Assembly (NCBI GenBank): GCA_963555985.3
Contig: OY820591.1
Location: 2,304,001-2,368,000 of the forward strand
Source of the DNA: Dehalococcoidia bacterium
GTDB lineage: Bacteria; Chloroflexota; Dehalococcoidia; Bin125
Reading direction: 5' to 3'
Length of the DNA stretch: 64,000 bases
Numbering within the stretch: position 1 is the first letter of the stretch; each line of letters starts with the position of its first letter. The notes beneath the pieces were generated by a model that saw only the letters and a list, made by a program, of their open reading frames with translations, was not told where the DNA came from and made no database searches. The translations under genes were made by a program, and so were the position numbers. Below, one piece after another: positions 26,832-36,443 of this stretch.

Positions 26832-27359
26832 CTACACGTCGATTCGAGCGGGATGCCCCATCACCGAGCGCAGAGTCAAGATCTGGCCGAGATGCGCATT
26901 GCCGTGCGCGATGCAGGTTTGCAGGATCTGCTTCGACTTGGCCTGGCGCCCGAACTGGACGACGCGGACGGTAGAGGCGAGTTCGTCGTCGGAGACGGCA
27001 CGGAGCCATTGCATCACGTCTTCGTGGACATCAACCCCATACTGAACCAGCGCCTCAACGGACGGGAAGCGCAGCGCCTGCGCTTCGCTCCGATCCATGT
27101 CGGTGCCTTGCGCGACTCTGGGAAAACCCCAGGCCGCATCCAGTTCCTGCCGCAACCAGACGGGCGGGCGGCGATCCTGGCAGACGAAGTTGATGATGTT
27201 GTCCTTGGTGCGGAAGTAGTGCCAGGCGTGGAAGCCGGGCGCGACCGTGCCCTCGCTGTACTGCCAGTGCAGCTGCTCGTCGTCGAGATCGTCGAGCGAG
27301 GCGATGTAGCCGTTGTGAGTGCTCTCCATGAAGTGGATGAGGAGTTCCGAGGGTTGCAT
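26832..27359 (-). CDS. DinB-family protein
   Basis: LDDLDDEQLHW, GFHAWH and HGNAHLGQI metal triad. Confidence 0.85.
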   Translation of the reverse strand: MQPSELLIHFMESTHNGYIASLDDLDDEQLHWQYSEGTVAPGFHAWHYFRTKDNIINFVCQDRRPPVWLRQELDAAWGFPRVAQGTDMDRSEAQALRFPSVEALVQYGVDVHEDVMQWLRAVSDDELASTVRVVQFGRQAKSKQILQTCIAHGNAHLGQILTLRSVMGHPARIDV

Positions 27360-28333
27360 CAGGCGTGACTTCCAATCGCAATCCCCGCGACCTGCGGAGC
27401 CACGTCGCGGGCGAGAAACTCAGGCACGTCATCGCGGTCGAACATGAAGTGCTGGAACTGCACTTCGGCGATGCCAGCTTCGGCGAGACGGCCGAGTGCA
27501 TCGACGATCTCGTCGGCGCCGCCGGCAAGCATCCCCTGGGCGCGAATCTGACCGAGGAACTCGTCGAGCGACTGGCCGGTCTGACCGAACATGCTCTGGA
27601 TGAAGCGCCCGCCGGCACGCTCCAGCTCGGGCGGGCCAGCCGCGTGGAACATCATCATTGAGTGTTCGATCTCGCCGGGGTCGCGGTTGATCGCTTCGCA
27701 GGCGCGGGCCATGACATCTCGCTTGTGTGCGTAGGCCTCCGGCGTGAGCGCCACGCAATTCCACTCGACGGCGTACTTCGCGGCCATCGGGATCGTGCGG
27801 CGTTCGCCGCCGCCGCCGATCAGGATCGGCGGACGACCTGAATCGGGCTTGGGCAGGCTGTCGGCGTTGTCGAGTTGGTAGTACTGGCCCTGGTAGGACG
27901 CTTCACCCGGCTCCCAGAGCGCTTGCATGAGCTGGATCGCTTCCTCTAACCGCTCGAAGCGCTCGCGGGTTGAGGGGAAATTGAGGCCGTAGGCGTGATG
28001 CTCGGGCTCATTCCAGCCAGCGCCCAGACCCATCACAAAGCGCCCGCCGGAGAGCTCGTCAAGCTGCGCCGCCATCCGGCCCACGTCGACCGGACGACGG
28101 AAGGTGACCGGCGTCACCATCGGCCCGAAGCGGAGATCGGATGTCTCCTCAGCCGCCATGACGAAGGAGAGAAAACACTCCAACGAGTCCCGCTGCACAG
28201 GACCGGTGAAATAGTGATCGCTGCGAAACACCGACGGGAAACCCAGGCGATCGGCGAGCCTCAGAATGTGCCGCCAATCCTCCCAGGTGAGACCGTTCTG
28301 ACCCTCCACCATCAAGGCAACGCGCATCGGCAT
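27359..28333 (-). CDS. LLM-class F420-dependent oxidoreductase
   Basis: FRSDHY, VTPVTFRRP, SGGRFVMGLGAGWNEPEH, PPILIGGGGE. Confidence 0.9.
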   Translation of the reverse strand: MPMRVALMVEGQNGLTWEDWRHILRLADRLGFPSVFRSDHYFTGPVQRDSLECFLSFVMAAEETSDLRFGPMVTPVTFRRPVDVGRMAAQLDELSGGRFVMGLGAGWNEPEHHAYGLNFPSTRERFERLEEAIQLMQALWEPGEASYQGQYYQLDNADSLPKPDSGRPPILIGGGGERRTIPMAAKYAVEWNCVALTPEAYAHKRDVMARACEAINRDPGEIEHSMMMFHAAGPPELERAGGRFIQSMFGQTGQSLDEFLGQIRAQGMLAGGADEIVDALGRLAEAGIAEVQFQHFMFDRDDVPEFLARDVAPQVAGIAIGSHA

Positions 28334-28384
28334 CCTCCTCGCAGCCTGGATCGAGCGGATCCTGTCCGGCCGGTCGCCCCCATG

Positions 28385-29536
28385 CTACCGACGTGCGGAG
28401 ACAGCCTCGTCCACGGGAAAAGCGATCGCATCGTCGAGCACGATCACGGACACGTGCTCGCCGGGATGCCAGACATGCTCGGCGCGCAGTCTCGCCTCGA
28501 GCTTGACTCCGGACGCCAGCCGCACGCGCACGACCTGATCGTGGCCGTAGTATTCGCTGTCGAGCACAGTCGCGGCGCCCGGCTGCTCCGGACGTGCGGG
28601 TTTGAGCGCCAACTGCTCCGGACGCAGAAGGACATCGATCTGGTTGCCTCCCAAGACATCGTCGTCCGGGGAAATCGTCAGTGCGATATCACCGAGTTCG
28701 GTGCTGGCGTAATGACCGCGCAGCTCACCGCGCACGAGATTGGCGTCGGCAACGAAATTGGCCACGAAGCGGTTCGCCGGATGGTGATAGATCTCGAGCG
28801 GAGACCCAATCTGCTCGATTCGCCCCTTGCGCATCACGGCCACGCGATCGGCGAGCGAGATCGCCTCTTCCCGATCGTGCGTGACGAACACCGCCGCCGT
28901 CTCCGCCGCCTTGAGGATGTTGCGCATTGATGTCCGCAGGGACACCCGCAGGTTCTGATCAAGGTTCGAGAACGGCTCGTCCAGCAGCACCGCCGCCGGG
29001 CCGGGGGCCAGCGCGCGGGCAAGCGCGACGCGCTGCGCTTCGCCGCCGGAAAGCTCGTGCGGGAAGCGGTCACCGAAGCCAGCTAGGCCGACGAGCTCGA
29101 GCAATTCCTCCACCCGCTGAGGTGCGCTGTCGCCGCGCCAGCGCCGCAGCGGCCGGGTCCACCAGGCTGTGTGGCCCCGCCGGAGACCGAACGCGATGTT
29201 CTCGGCGACCGACAGGTGTGGAAACAGGGCGAAATCTTGCGGGACAATCCCGATCCGGCGTCGCTCGGGCGGCGACCAGACGCCGGGGCCCACGACCGTT
29301 CGGCCGTTGATCTGCACGACTCCGCGGTCGGGCTGCTCAAATCCGGCCAGCATTCGCAGCGTCGTGGACTTGCCGCAGCCGGACGGACCGAGCAGCGCGA
29401 CGATCTCTCCCCGCTGCACCTCGAAGGAAGCTTCGCGCACCGCAGTCGTACCACCAAACGACTTGGTGATTTCCTGCGCGACCAGGGCGGGCATGGCGTT
29501 GGCTTGGTCAGGCACGGAGGTCACGCTCGTGTCCAA
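28385..29536 (-). CDS. fbpC: Fe3+ ABC transporter ATP-binding protein (start uncertain)
   Basis: GPSGCGKS, LSGGEAQRVALARAL, LLDEPFS, TOBE tail, operon context. Confidence 0.88.
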   Translation of the reverse strand: MDTSVTSVPDQANAMPALVAQEITKSFGGTTAVREASFEVQRGEIVALLGPSGCGKSTTLRMLAGFEQPDRGVVQINGRTVVGPGVWSPPERRRIGIVPQDFALFPHLSVAENIAFGLRRGHTAWWTRPLRRWRGDSAPQRVEELLELVGLAGFGDRFPHELSGGEAQRVALARALAPGPAAVLLDEPFSNLDQNLRVSLRTSMRNILKAAETAAVFVTHDREEAISLADRVAVMRKGRIEQIGSPLEIYHHPANRFVANFVADANLVRGELRGHYASTELGDIALTISPDDDVLGGNQIDVLLRPEQLALKPARPEQPGAATVLDSEYYGHDQVVRVRLASGVKLEARLRAEHVWHPGEHVSVIVLDDAIAFPVDEAVSARR

Positions 29537-31115
29537 ACAGAATGATCATCGGCAGCGCCGCGCAAGCTAGCAGCAGCAGTCCGCTGGCCGCGGCGCGCGC
29601 GAAAAAGACATCCTCCTGCTGCACCCACAGATCCGTGGCGAGGGTCTCGAATCCGATCGGAGAGAGCAAGAGCGTGGCGGGGAGTTCTTTCATCGTCGTG
29701 AGGAATACGAGCGCAAACCCAGCCAGCACTCCCGGAGTGATCAGAGGCAGCGTAACGCTGTAGAAGGTTTGCCATGAACTTCGACTGAGCGAACGCGCAG
29801 CCTCTTCCAGTCCCGGCTGGACACGTACTAGAGACGCGCGCACCCCGGAAATCGCCTGCGGCAAGAAGAGCACGGCATAGGCGAAGATCAATGCGGCCAA
29901 CGTCTGGTAGAGCGGCGGGGTGACTCGGAGCGTGAAAAAAATCAGCGCAAAGGCGACGACCACGCCCGGAAGCGCGTAGCCAACGTAGGCCGCTCGGTCG
30001 ACGATCCGCGAAAGAAATCCCGGCCGCCGAACAACCACGATCACGATCGGGATCGCAACAGCGACCGTGACGGCTCCCGCGAGCGCAGATGCGTAGACTG
30101 AGTTGAGCGCCGCGCTCCAGACGCCGGGGAAGGTCTCGCCGGCATTGAGTCCGACCGAAAGCCAGTGGAACAACACGGCGACGGGCACGAGCAGGGCGAC
30201 CGCTGAGACGATGAACAGGCCAATCAGCGCGGGCCAGCGATAGCGCCGCAGCCGGATCAGTCTGGGCGTCCGCGCTGCGCCGCTGCCGAGCCGGTGATAT
30301 CGGGCATTGCGGCGCTGGGACCAATCGATAGCCAAGACGATTGCGACCAGCGCCACCAGAACCAGCGAGAGCACGGCGACGCTTTCGCGGTCGAAGGTGG
30401 AACCAAAGCGAACGTAAATCGCTCGTGTGAACGTGTCGAAGCGCATCATCGAGACCGCGCCGAAGTCGGAGATCACGTAGAGCGCCACCAGCAAACTGCC
30501 AGCCGCCAGCGGCACCCGCAGCTGTGGAACGGTCACGCGCCAGAAGGCTCCCCAAGCCGACTGTCCGAGCGAGCGGGCCGCTTCCTCAAGGGCTGGATCG
30601 AGATCGCGCAGTCCCGCGCGCACCACGATCAGTAGATAGGGAAATGTGAACAGCGTGAGCGCTAGCCAAGCGCCGACGAAGCCGTAAATCTCGGGGATAC
30701 TCTCGACACCCAGCGGCGCGAGCAAATCCTGTAGTGAGCCGTACGGCCCGAGCGCGATGATGAAGGCGAACGCGCCCACGTAGGAAGGAATTGCGAGCGG
30801 CATGATCGTGATCGACCGCCACCAGCGCGCGAAGGGAAGATCGGTGCGCTCAGTCAGGTAGGCAATCGGCAGCGCGAGCGCGGCTGAGGCGGCGGTGACT
30901 GCGAGTGTCAGTGCCGCCGTGTTCAGCAGCAGACGCAACGTGCTGTCTGAGAGGATCTTCGACCATGCGTCGGCGTCCGCCTGTGCAGCGCGGACGATCA
31001 GATAGCAGAGCGGGATGCAGGCTGCGCCAGCGGCGGCGAGGGCGAGTACCCAGACGACGGGGATGTTGAAGCGGATGCGGGTTGGAAGCTCCGTGGCGCC
31101 GCTGAAGAGGCTCAT
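29508..31115 (-). CDS. fbpB: Fe3+ ABC transporter permease
   Basis: Two EAA loops (LEEAARSLG, LEEAARSLS), SDFGAVS, MKELPATLLL. Confidence 0.92.
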   Translation of the reverse strand: MSLFSGATELPTRIRFNIPVVWVLALAAAGAACIPLCYLIVRAAQADADAWSKILSDSTLRLLLNTAALTLAVTAASAALALPIAYLTERTDLPFARWWRSITIMPLAIPSYVGAFAFIIALGPYGSLQDLLAPLGVESIPEIYGFVGAWLALTLFTFPYLLIVVRAGLRDLDPALEEAARSLGQSAWGAFWRVTVPQLRVPLAAGSLLVALYVISDFGAVSMMRFDTFTRAIYVRFGSTFDRESVAVLSLVLVALVAIVLAIDWSQRRNARYHRLGSGAARTPRLIRLRRYRWPALIGLFIVSAVALLVPVAVLFHWLSVGLNAGETFPGVWSAALNSVYASALAGAVTVAVAIPIVIVVVRRPGFLSRIVDRAAYVGYALPGVVVAFALIFFTLRVTPPLYQTLAALIFAYAVLFLPQAISGVRASLVRVQPGLEEAARSLSRSSWQTFYSVTLPLITPGVLAGFALVFLTTMKELPATLLLSPIGFETLATDLWVQQEDVFFARAAASGLLLLACAALPMIILFGHERDLRA

Positions 31116-31173
31116 GCGTCGAGGTTATCGGAGTAATTCGTTGTGAAATCAGAGAATCGGCGGAGTTGATCGC

Positions 31174-31217
31174 GGCCGCTGCCGTCGGCTCTGCACGGTG
31201 AGGCGACGGCAGCGGCC
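31174..31217. terminator. Intercistronic stem-loop after the binding-protein gene
   Basis: 14-bp perfect stem GGCCGCTGCCGTCG / CGACGGCAGCGGCC. Confidence 0.6.
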
Positions 31218-31239
31218 ATGCCAACCCAAGCGGGGATGG

Positions 31240-32640
31240 CTAGGGAAGCGCGCCTACCTTTTCGAGCAGTTCGATCGTGCCCTCAAGGTCGGAAAGCGAT
31301 GTCAGCGCCAGCGACGGCGGACTGAGTTCGGCCAGCGGCACGAGCGTCGGCCAGGCATTGACGCCGGCAGCGACGGGGTACTCAAACGTTTCCTCGCGGA
31401 AGTAGGTCTGACCCTCTTCTGAGAGCAGGAAGCGGATGAAGCGCAGTGCGTTGCTGTCGTTGTCGGACGCTTCCAGCAGCGCGACGCCGGCGACATTGAT
31501 CAGAGCGCCCGCCTCACCAGGATCGGTGAAGTGGTTCGCTCCGCGCCAGCTGTCGTCTACGGAAGTCTTGCGGATCAAGTAGTAGTGATTGACTAGCCCG
31601 ACATCGAGTTCGCCGTCGTGAACCGCCTGCACCTGGGGCGAGTTCTTGGGGTAGACCTTGACGTCGTTGGCGATCATCCCGCGCAGCCATTCCTCGGTCG
31701 CAGCTTCGCCGTGAATCTGGCGCATGGCCGTGACGAAAGCCTGGAAGCTGCCGTTGGTCGGCGCCCAACCGATCCGGCCCTTCCACTCGGGGTCGACCAG
31801 ATCGAAGACGCTGTCGGGTGGGTTGGGGACGCGGTCGGGGGAGATCACGAGGACACGGGCGCGACCCGACGTCGCGATCCAGCGGCCGCCGGAGTCGCGG
31901 AACTTTCGATCCACCAGTGCGAGAATGTCGGCCGGGAGCCGTGTGGAGGCTCCGGCTTCGGCGAGTGCGGCCAGCGCTCCGGCGTCCTGCCCGTAGAAGA
32001 CGTCCGCCGGCGAGCGGTCGCCTTCCTCGATGATCGCGAGCGCGAGCTCGGCGGTGCCGGCGTAGCGGACACGGACCTTGATCCCGGTCTGTTCTTCAAA
32101 GCGCTCGATAATCCCGCCAACGAGCGACTCGCCGCGACCGGAGTAGATCGTCAGCGTGCCCGGGTCGGTCGGCGAGGTCGCGCTCACCGCGCTCGAGACG
32201 AGCCAGCGGTTCGGCGTGGTATCGGCGGGGAAGATGCGGCCTCTCGGCAACAAGTCTTCGCCGTCGGCGCGAACGCCGAACTCGGTGTCGCCGTCGGCCT
32301 GGCGGCGCGCGATCACCTGGAGTTGCACGCCATGCCGCTCAACGACCGAGCTCACACGCCAGCGACTGTCGGTGATGCCGGCGGAGAAGATGCGGCGCGT
32401 CGGGGTGAGGTTGATTCCGTCCGCGCGCAGGCCGAATTCGATATCGCCGTCGGATTGCAGGCGAGCGCGAACCTGAACGTCGAACATCGAACCGGCTTGC
32501 GCTCCAGCCGGGGCAATGACGCTGAACACGCCGGCCAGCAGGGCGGTCAGCGCGAGGAGTCCCAGCAGTTGGCGAGTCAGCCGCCTGTGCAGATGGGGCA
32601 GGGGGAGCCTCCCGGCTCCTGGCGAGGTGGTCGGCATCAA
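31240..32640 (-). CDS. fbpA: Fe3+ ABC substrate-binding protein (FbpA/FutA) with two extra N-terminal repeat domains
   Basis: LTIYSGR, EEGDRSPADVF, GWAPTNGSFQ, VNHYY, ETFEYP. N-terminal signal peptide. Confidence 0.9.
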   Translation of the reverse strand: MMPTTSPGAGRLPLPHLHRRLTRQLLGLLALTALLAGVFSVIAPAGAQAGSMFDVQVRARLQSDGDIEFGLRADGINLTPTRRIFSAGITDSRWRVSSVVERHGVQLQVIARRQADGDTEFGVRADGEDLLPRGRIFPADTTPNRWLVSSAVSATSPTDPGTLTIYSGRGESLVGGIIERFEEQTGIKVRVRYAGTAELALAIIEEGDRSPADVFYGQDAGALAALAEAGASTRLPADILALVDRKFRDSGGRWIATSGRARVLVISPDRVPNPPDSVFDLVDPEWKGRIGWAPTNGSFQAFVTAMRQIHGEAATEEWLRGMIANDVKVYPKNSPQVQAVHDGELDVGLVNHYYLIRKTSVDDSWRGANHFTDPGEAGALINVAGVALLEASDNDSNALRFIRFLLSEEGQTYFREETFEYPVAAGVNAWPTLVPLAELSPPSLALTSLSDLEGTIELLEKVGALP

Positions 32641-32703
32641 TCACTCTCCTTTGCGGATGCACTTCCAGACGCCGCACGAGCGTGTTCGTCCGGCTATGAG
32701 GAG

Positions 32704-32733
32704 AGTTTATGGGTTAGGTTGCAGAATATGCAA
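32704..32733 (-). promoter_or_regulatory. Putative fbp promoter with palindromic operator
   Basis: Minus strand TTGCAT-N18-TAAACT, with inverted repeat TTGCA-N5-TGCAA at 32719-32733. Confidence 0.45.
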
Positions 32734-32769
32734 GCAATGCGCCAAAAGTCGGCAAACAGAGCCGTTCGG

Positions 32770-33072
32770 CTACCAGGAACTCTTGCGCACGCCCGGGAGC
32801 AGGCCCAGTGAGGCCATCTCGCGGAAGGTGATCCGCGAAAGCCCGAACTTGCGCATGTAGGCGCGCGGGCGGCCCGTGACCGCGCAGCGATTCTTGAGGC
32901 GGGTGGGACTGCTGTTGCGCGGCAACTGCTGCAACTGGAACTGAATCCGCTGCTTCTCGCCGGGCTGCTCGGTCTCGCGCAGCTGCTGCTTCAGCGACTC
33001 GCGCTTGGCCTTGTACTTCTCGTGCATCCTGCGGCGCTTCAGATCGCGGTGAATGTTGCTCTTACGGGCCAT
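32770..33072 (-). CDS. rpsN: 30S ribosomal protein S14, long Zn-independent (C-) form
   Basis: [36 protein letters not shown]...GVRKSSW, 100 aa, single Cys. Confidence 0.96.
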   Translation of the reverse strand: MARKSNIHRDLKRRRMHEKYKAKRESLKQQLRETEQPGEKQRIQFQLQQLPRNSSPTRLKNRCAVTGRPRAYMRKFGLSRITFREMASLGLLPGVRKSSW

Positions 33073-33175
33073 ACAGTCCGGCTTTCTCTACCGATGCGCG
33101 ACGAAACTCGGGCGGCACATGCCCTCAGCCTACCCGCCAGCGCGGATAGAGGACAGTCGCCGCCGCTGCACTCGC

Positions 33176-33637
33176 TCACTCGCGCCGCTTGCGTTTCTCA
33201 ATCTCCCGGCCCTGCTTCTGCTCCAGCCGGCCCAGCGCGCGGCCTTTGTCGGGGTGCGGATCGATGCGAACGCCGTAGTTGACGCGGCCTTCGTGACCTT
33301 CGGGCAAGTACTCCGTGATGGGAAGACCTTCCTCATCGCAGAAGAGCAGTCAATGGCAGTACTTCCAGCGCTGCATCTCCTCGCAGGGGCAGATCCAGGT
33401 GGATTCCTTGACCTCTTCCGCCTTGTCCTCATAGAAGTTGCAGGGACAGAGCGGACGCCCGTAGTCGTCGATATGTTTGGCCAAGCCGATCACCAGAAAT
33501 TCGGTGATGTCGTGCTCGGGATGCAGATAGGACCCGCTCTTCTCCGCGAAGTTGCGGGCGAACTTCCACATCTTGTTCAGGTTCTTCTCCGACGCCTGCT
33601 GACGATCGTCGTCGCTGACTCGCTCGACATCAGCCAT
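33176..33637 (-). CDS. Ferredoxin-thioredoxin reductase catalytic subunit, probable selenoprotein (153 aa, Sec at UGA 33352-33350)
   Basis: GRPLCPC...WICPC...KYCH-UGA-LLFCDEEGLPITEYLPEGHEGRVNYG... The frame stays open for 57 more codons and a SECIS-like hairpin follows. Confidence 0.9.
33311..33342 (-). promoter_or_regulatory. Bacterial SECIS-like hairpin
   Basis: mRNA UCUGCGAUGAGGAA-GGUC-UUCCCAUCACGGA begins about 8 nt after the UGA. The apex AGGUCU matches the E. coli fdhF SECIS. Confidence 0.8.
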
Positions 33638-33694
33638 AAGTCACTCCCCGCCCGTGCCTGCGGCCCGCATCTGCGGAGCCTGTGTCCACCGTAC

Positions 33695-34591
33695 TCAGTT
33701 GTCGCTCTCCTGGCGTCCGCGCAGGAAGTTCTCTAGGTCTTCTATCAGCGCGTCGGCAGAGGGAAGGTCAGCTGCGCCACCTTGGGACTGCGCTTCCGGC
33801 GCGGCCGGTTCGGGCGCGGCCGCTTCCAGCCGCGCTACATATTCGCGCAGCTCGGGATTCTCGCTGAGCGCTTCCTCGAGCTGCGCGTGGAATCGCTGAA
33901 TCGCGCGATCCAGCGGCTCCAGATCGAGGCGCAGGTCAGTCATGTCGCCAACCACGCGAAGCAACGCCTGAGCGCCGACCGGGTTCGTGATCCCGGGCAG
34001 ATAGTGCGGCACCGAGGCCCACAGGCTCACGCCGCCCACGTCTCGCCGGCGGCAGTGATCGTGAAACACGCCCACGATCCCGCTCGGGCCTTCAAAGCGC
34101 GAGGGATGCATGTTGTAGCGCTCGGCCAACTGCGAATTGTTCGCCGAACCGGAGACATGCACCGGTCGCGTGTGCGGCGCGCCGCTGGCGACCGCGCCCA
34201 TCGAGAGCACCAGCTTGGCCCCGATCACATCCACCAACTCCGACATCGCGGCCAGATAGCGCCGCCAGCGATAGTGCGGCTCAATCCCCAGGCCGACGAC
34301 GATATCTCGGCGCGCGCCCGGGCGTGCGCGCAAATGCACGAACTCCGTGCGCGGCCAGACGATGATCCGTTCGCCGCGGTGGTAGCGCGCCATCGGTCGA
34401 GCTTCGGTGAAGTCGTAGAATTCCTCCGGGTCGATGCTGGCGAACGGTCCCGTGCCGTGCTGCTGGATCAGGTACTGGGCCGCCGTCGAGGCTGACTCGC
34501 CAGCGTCGTTCCAGCCCTCCCAGGCCAGAATCAGGATGGGATCGGTGAGATCGGGCAGGCGCTCGATTTGTAGGTCAGGTGAGGTGCTCAT
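33695..34591 (-). CDS. PAC2-family (proteasome assembly chaperone-like) protein
   Basis: AWEGWNDAGESAS, IDPEEFYDFTEARP, GIEPHYRW, PHTRP, WASVPHY. Confidence 0.9.
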   Translation of the reverse strand: MSTSPDLQIERLPDLTDPILILAWEGWNDAGESASTAAQYLIQQHGTGPFASIDPEEFYDFTEARPMARYHRGERIIVWPRTEFVHLRARPGARRDIVVGLGIEPHYRWRRYLAAMSELVDVIGAKLVLSMGAVASGAPHTRPVHVSGSANNSQLAERYNMHPSRFEGPSGIVGVFHDHCRRRDVGGVSLWASVPHYLPGITNPVGAQALLRVVGDMTDLRLDLEPLDRAIQRFHAQLEEALSENPELREYVARLEAAAPEPAAPEAQSQGGAADLPSADALIEDLENFLRGRQESDN

Positions 34592-35495
34592 GGCGGCAGT
34601 CTATCGGAACGCGGGCGAGCGTCCTGTTGAGCGAGCCGCAAACTCGGACTTGGCCGCTCAACTCGCCAAAGACTGGGCCGCAGCCGTGGCAGCCAACCGC
34701 GAACAGGTCGCGCGCGTCCGCGAACAGCCCGAACGAGCCGACCACTACGCGCCGATCGCGGGCGCATTTCGCGCGGATCCGCAGCGTACCGGCGACGAGG
34801 CGCTCAACGCGCTGCTCGCAGTCGCCCAGCCCGGCGATACTTGGCTCGACATCGGCGCGGGCGCGGGGCGATTCGCGCTGGCGCTGGCGCTCCGCGTCAA
34901 GCATGTGATCGCGGTGGAGCCGTCCGAGGCGATGCGCGCCGAATTCGAGACGATCAGTCGCGAGCACGGGATTGAGAACGTCACTCTGCTCGATCAACGC
35001 TGGCCGCCGCCTGAACCGAGGCTGATCGACGGCGTTGATGTCGCCATGATCTCGCACGTGGGCTACGACATCGAGGAGATGGGCGGACTCTTGGACGCGA
35101 TGGAGACCGCCGCGCGCCGCGAATGCGTCGCCTTGATGTATGAACGCTCGCCCGGCTCGCTCTTCCACGAACTTTGGCCGGCGATCCACGGAGAGCCGCA
35201 GGCGCACTTGCCCGCATTGCCGCAGCTGGTGGCGCTCTTGCAAGCTCGCGGCTCCGAGCCGGCCCTGACCGAGATTCCCACGCGGCGCTGGCGCTTCGCC
35301 GCGCACGCTGAGGCCGAAGAGTGGGCGCGGCGGCGCTTGTGGCTTGAGCCCGACTCCGCCCGACTCTCTACCCTGCGTGCAGGCTTGACGGACTTGCTCG
35401 CCGGCGACGGCGACCAACTCAGCTTGCCGGATACGCCCAAACAGATGCTCGTACGCTGGACACGCGCCGGCGTCAGCGAAAGGAACGATCGATGA
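34590..35495 (+). CDS. Class I SAM-dependent methyltransferase (start uncertain)
   Basis: WLDIGAGAGRF, IAVEPSEAM, SHVGYD. Confidence 0.85.
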   Translation: MAAVYRNAGERPVERAANSDLAAQLAKDWAAAVAANREQVARVREQPERADHYAPIAGAFRADPQRTGDEALNALLAVAQPGDTWLDIGAGAGRFALALALRVKHVIAVEPSEAMRAEFETISREHGIENVTLLDQRWPPPEPRLIDGVDVAMISHVGYDIEEMGGLLDAMETAARRECVALMYERSPGSLFHELWPAIHGEPQAHLPALPQLVALLQARGSEPALTEIPTRRWRFAAHAEAEEWARRRLWLEPDSARLSTLRAGLTDLLAGDGDQLSLPDTPKQMLVRWTRAGVSERNDR

Positions 35496-36082
35496 ACCGC
35501 GTCCCACCTCTCAGCACCGACGAACTGCTTCAAGTCGCTCCCTTCATGCAGGAGATGCGCGACAACGGCGTCACGATTCCCACCTCGCTGCACGTGCTCG
35601 GCTACCGCCCGCGCGTGCTGGAAGCGTTCGGGCCGTTCTTCGGCTCGATCATGCGCGAAGGCGATGTGCCCGCCGGACTCAAGCAGCTGATCGCGCATGT
35701 CGTCTCCCGTTCGGCCGGCTGCCTCTACTGCCAGGCCCACACCGGTCACTTCGCGCACACGCTCGCGGGCGAGACGTTTGATCGCGTGGAGGCGGTCTGG
35801 GCGTTCGAGACTTCGGAACTGTTCAATGACGCCGAGCGCGCCGCTCTGCGCCTGGCGCGCGACTCCGGGGTCGTGCCGAACGCGGCCACCGACGAGCATT
35901 TTGAGGAGCTGCACAAGCACTGGTCGGACTCGGAGATCGTCGAGATCGTGAGCGTGATCTCGATGTTCGGCTTCCTCAACCGCTTCAACGACACGCTCGC
36001 CAACGCGCTGGAACCGGACGCGATCGAGTTCTCCGAGAACCACCTCGTTGAGGCTGGCTGGACCGTCGGCAAGCACGGCTGA
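35492..36082 (+). CDS. Carboxymuconolactone decarboxylase/AhpD-family protein
   Basis: VSRSAGCLYCQAH, AERAAL, GFLNRFNDT. Confidence 0.9.
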   Translation: MNRVPPLSTDELLQVAPFMQEMRDNGVTIPTSLHVLGYRPRVLEAFGPFFGSIMREGDVPAGLKQLIAHVVSRSAGCLYCQAHTGHFAHTLAGETFDRVEAVWAFETSELFNDAERAALRLARDSGVVPNAATDEHFEELHKHWSDSEIVEIVSVISMFGFLNRFNDTLANALEPDAIEFSENHLVEAGWTVGKHG

Positions 36083-36188
36083 GCAAACTCACCCTCCCTC
36101 CTCGTTGGCGGTTGATCAGGCGCGGGTGGGAAATTTCTGGTCGCTACGGCGAATTTGCAGCCGTGGATAGGAAATTGGGCGTTGGGTA

Positions 36189-36228
36189 GTCCGGAAAAGT
36201 CCAGATTTGTCCAGATCCGTCTAGATTT
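36189..36228. repeat. 10-bp-period tandem repeat (GTCCAGATTT-like x4)
   Basis: gtccggaaaa gtccagattt gtccagatcc gtctagattt. Confidence 0.6.
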
Positions 36229-36443
36229 GAGGATATCTAGAGCGGAATTGTGAGTGTGAATCCGGGTTTGTCTGAGGATGTCCCGATCGGTTCCGGCGGT
36301 CATGGCGGGTTCCGTTGATTGTGGTCGGAGTGTTGTCTGCGGGCGATGGTATATGGACTGGTGTTCGATAGCGGAACTCGGGTTGGGAGAGGTGTTGCGG
36401 GGGTGACAGTTGGGTTGGGCCTTGGGCGTACGTCGATGTACTC

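Noticed and set aside
34589-34592. Divergent genes apparently sharing one CATG start palindrome
   Set aside because: The methyltransferase start is uncertain and probably lies further downstream.
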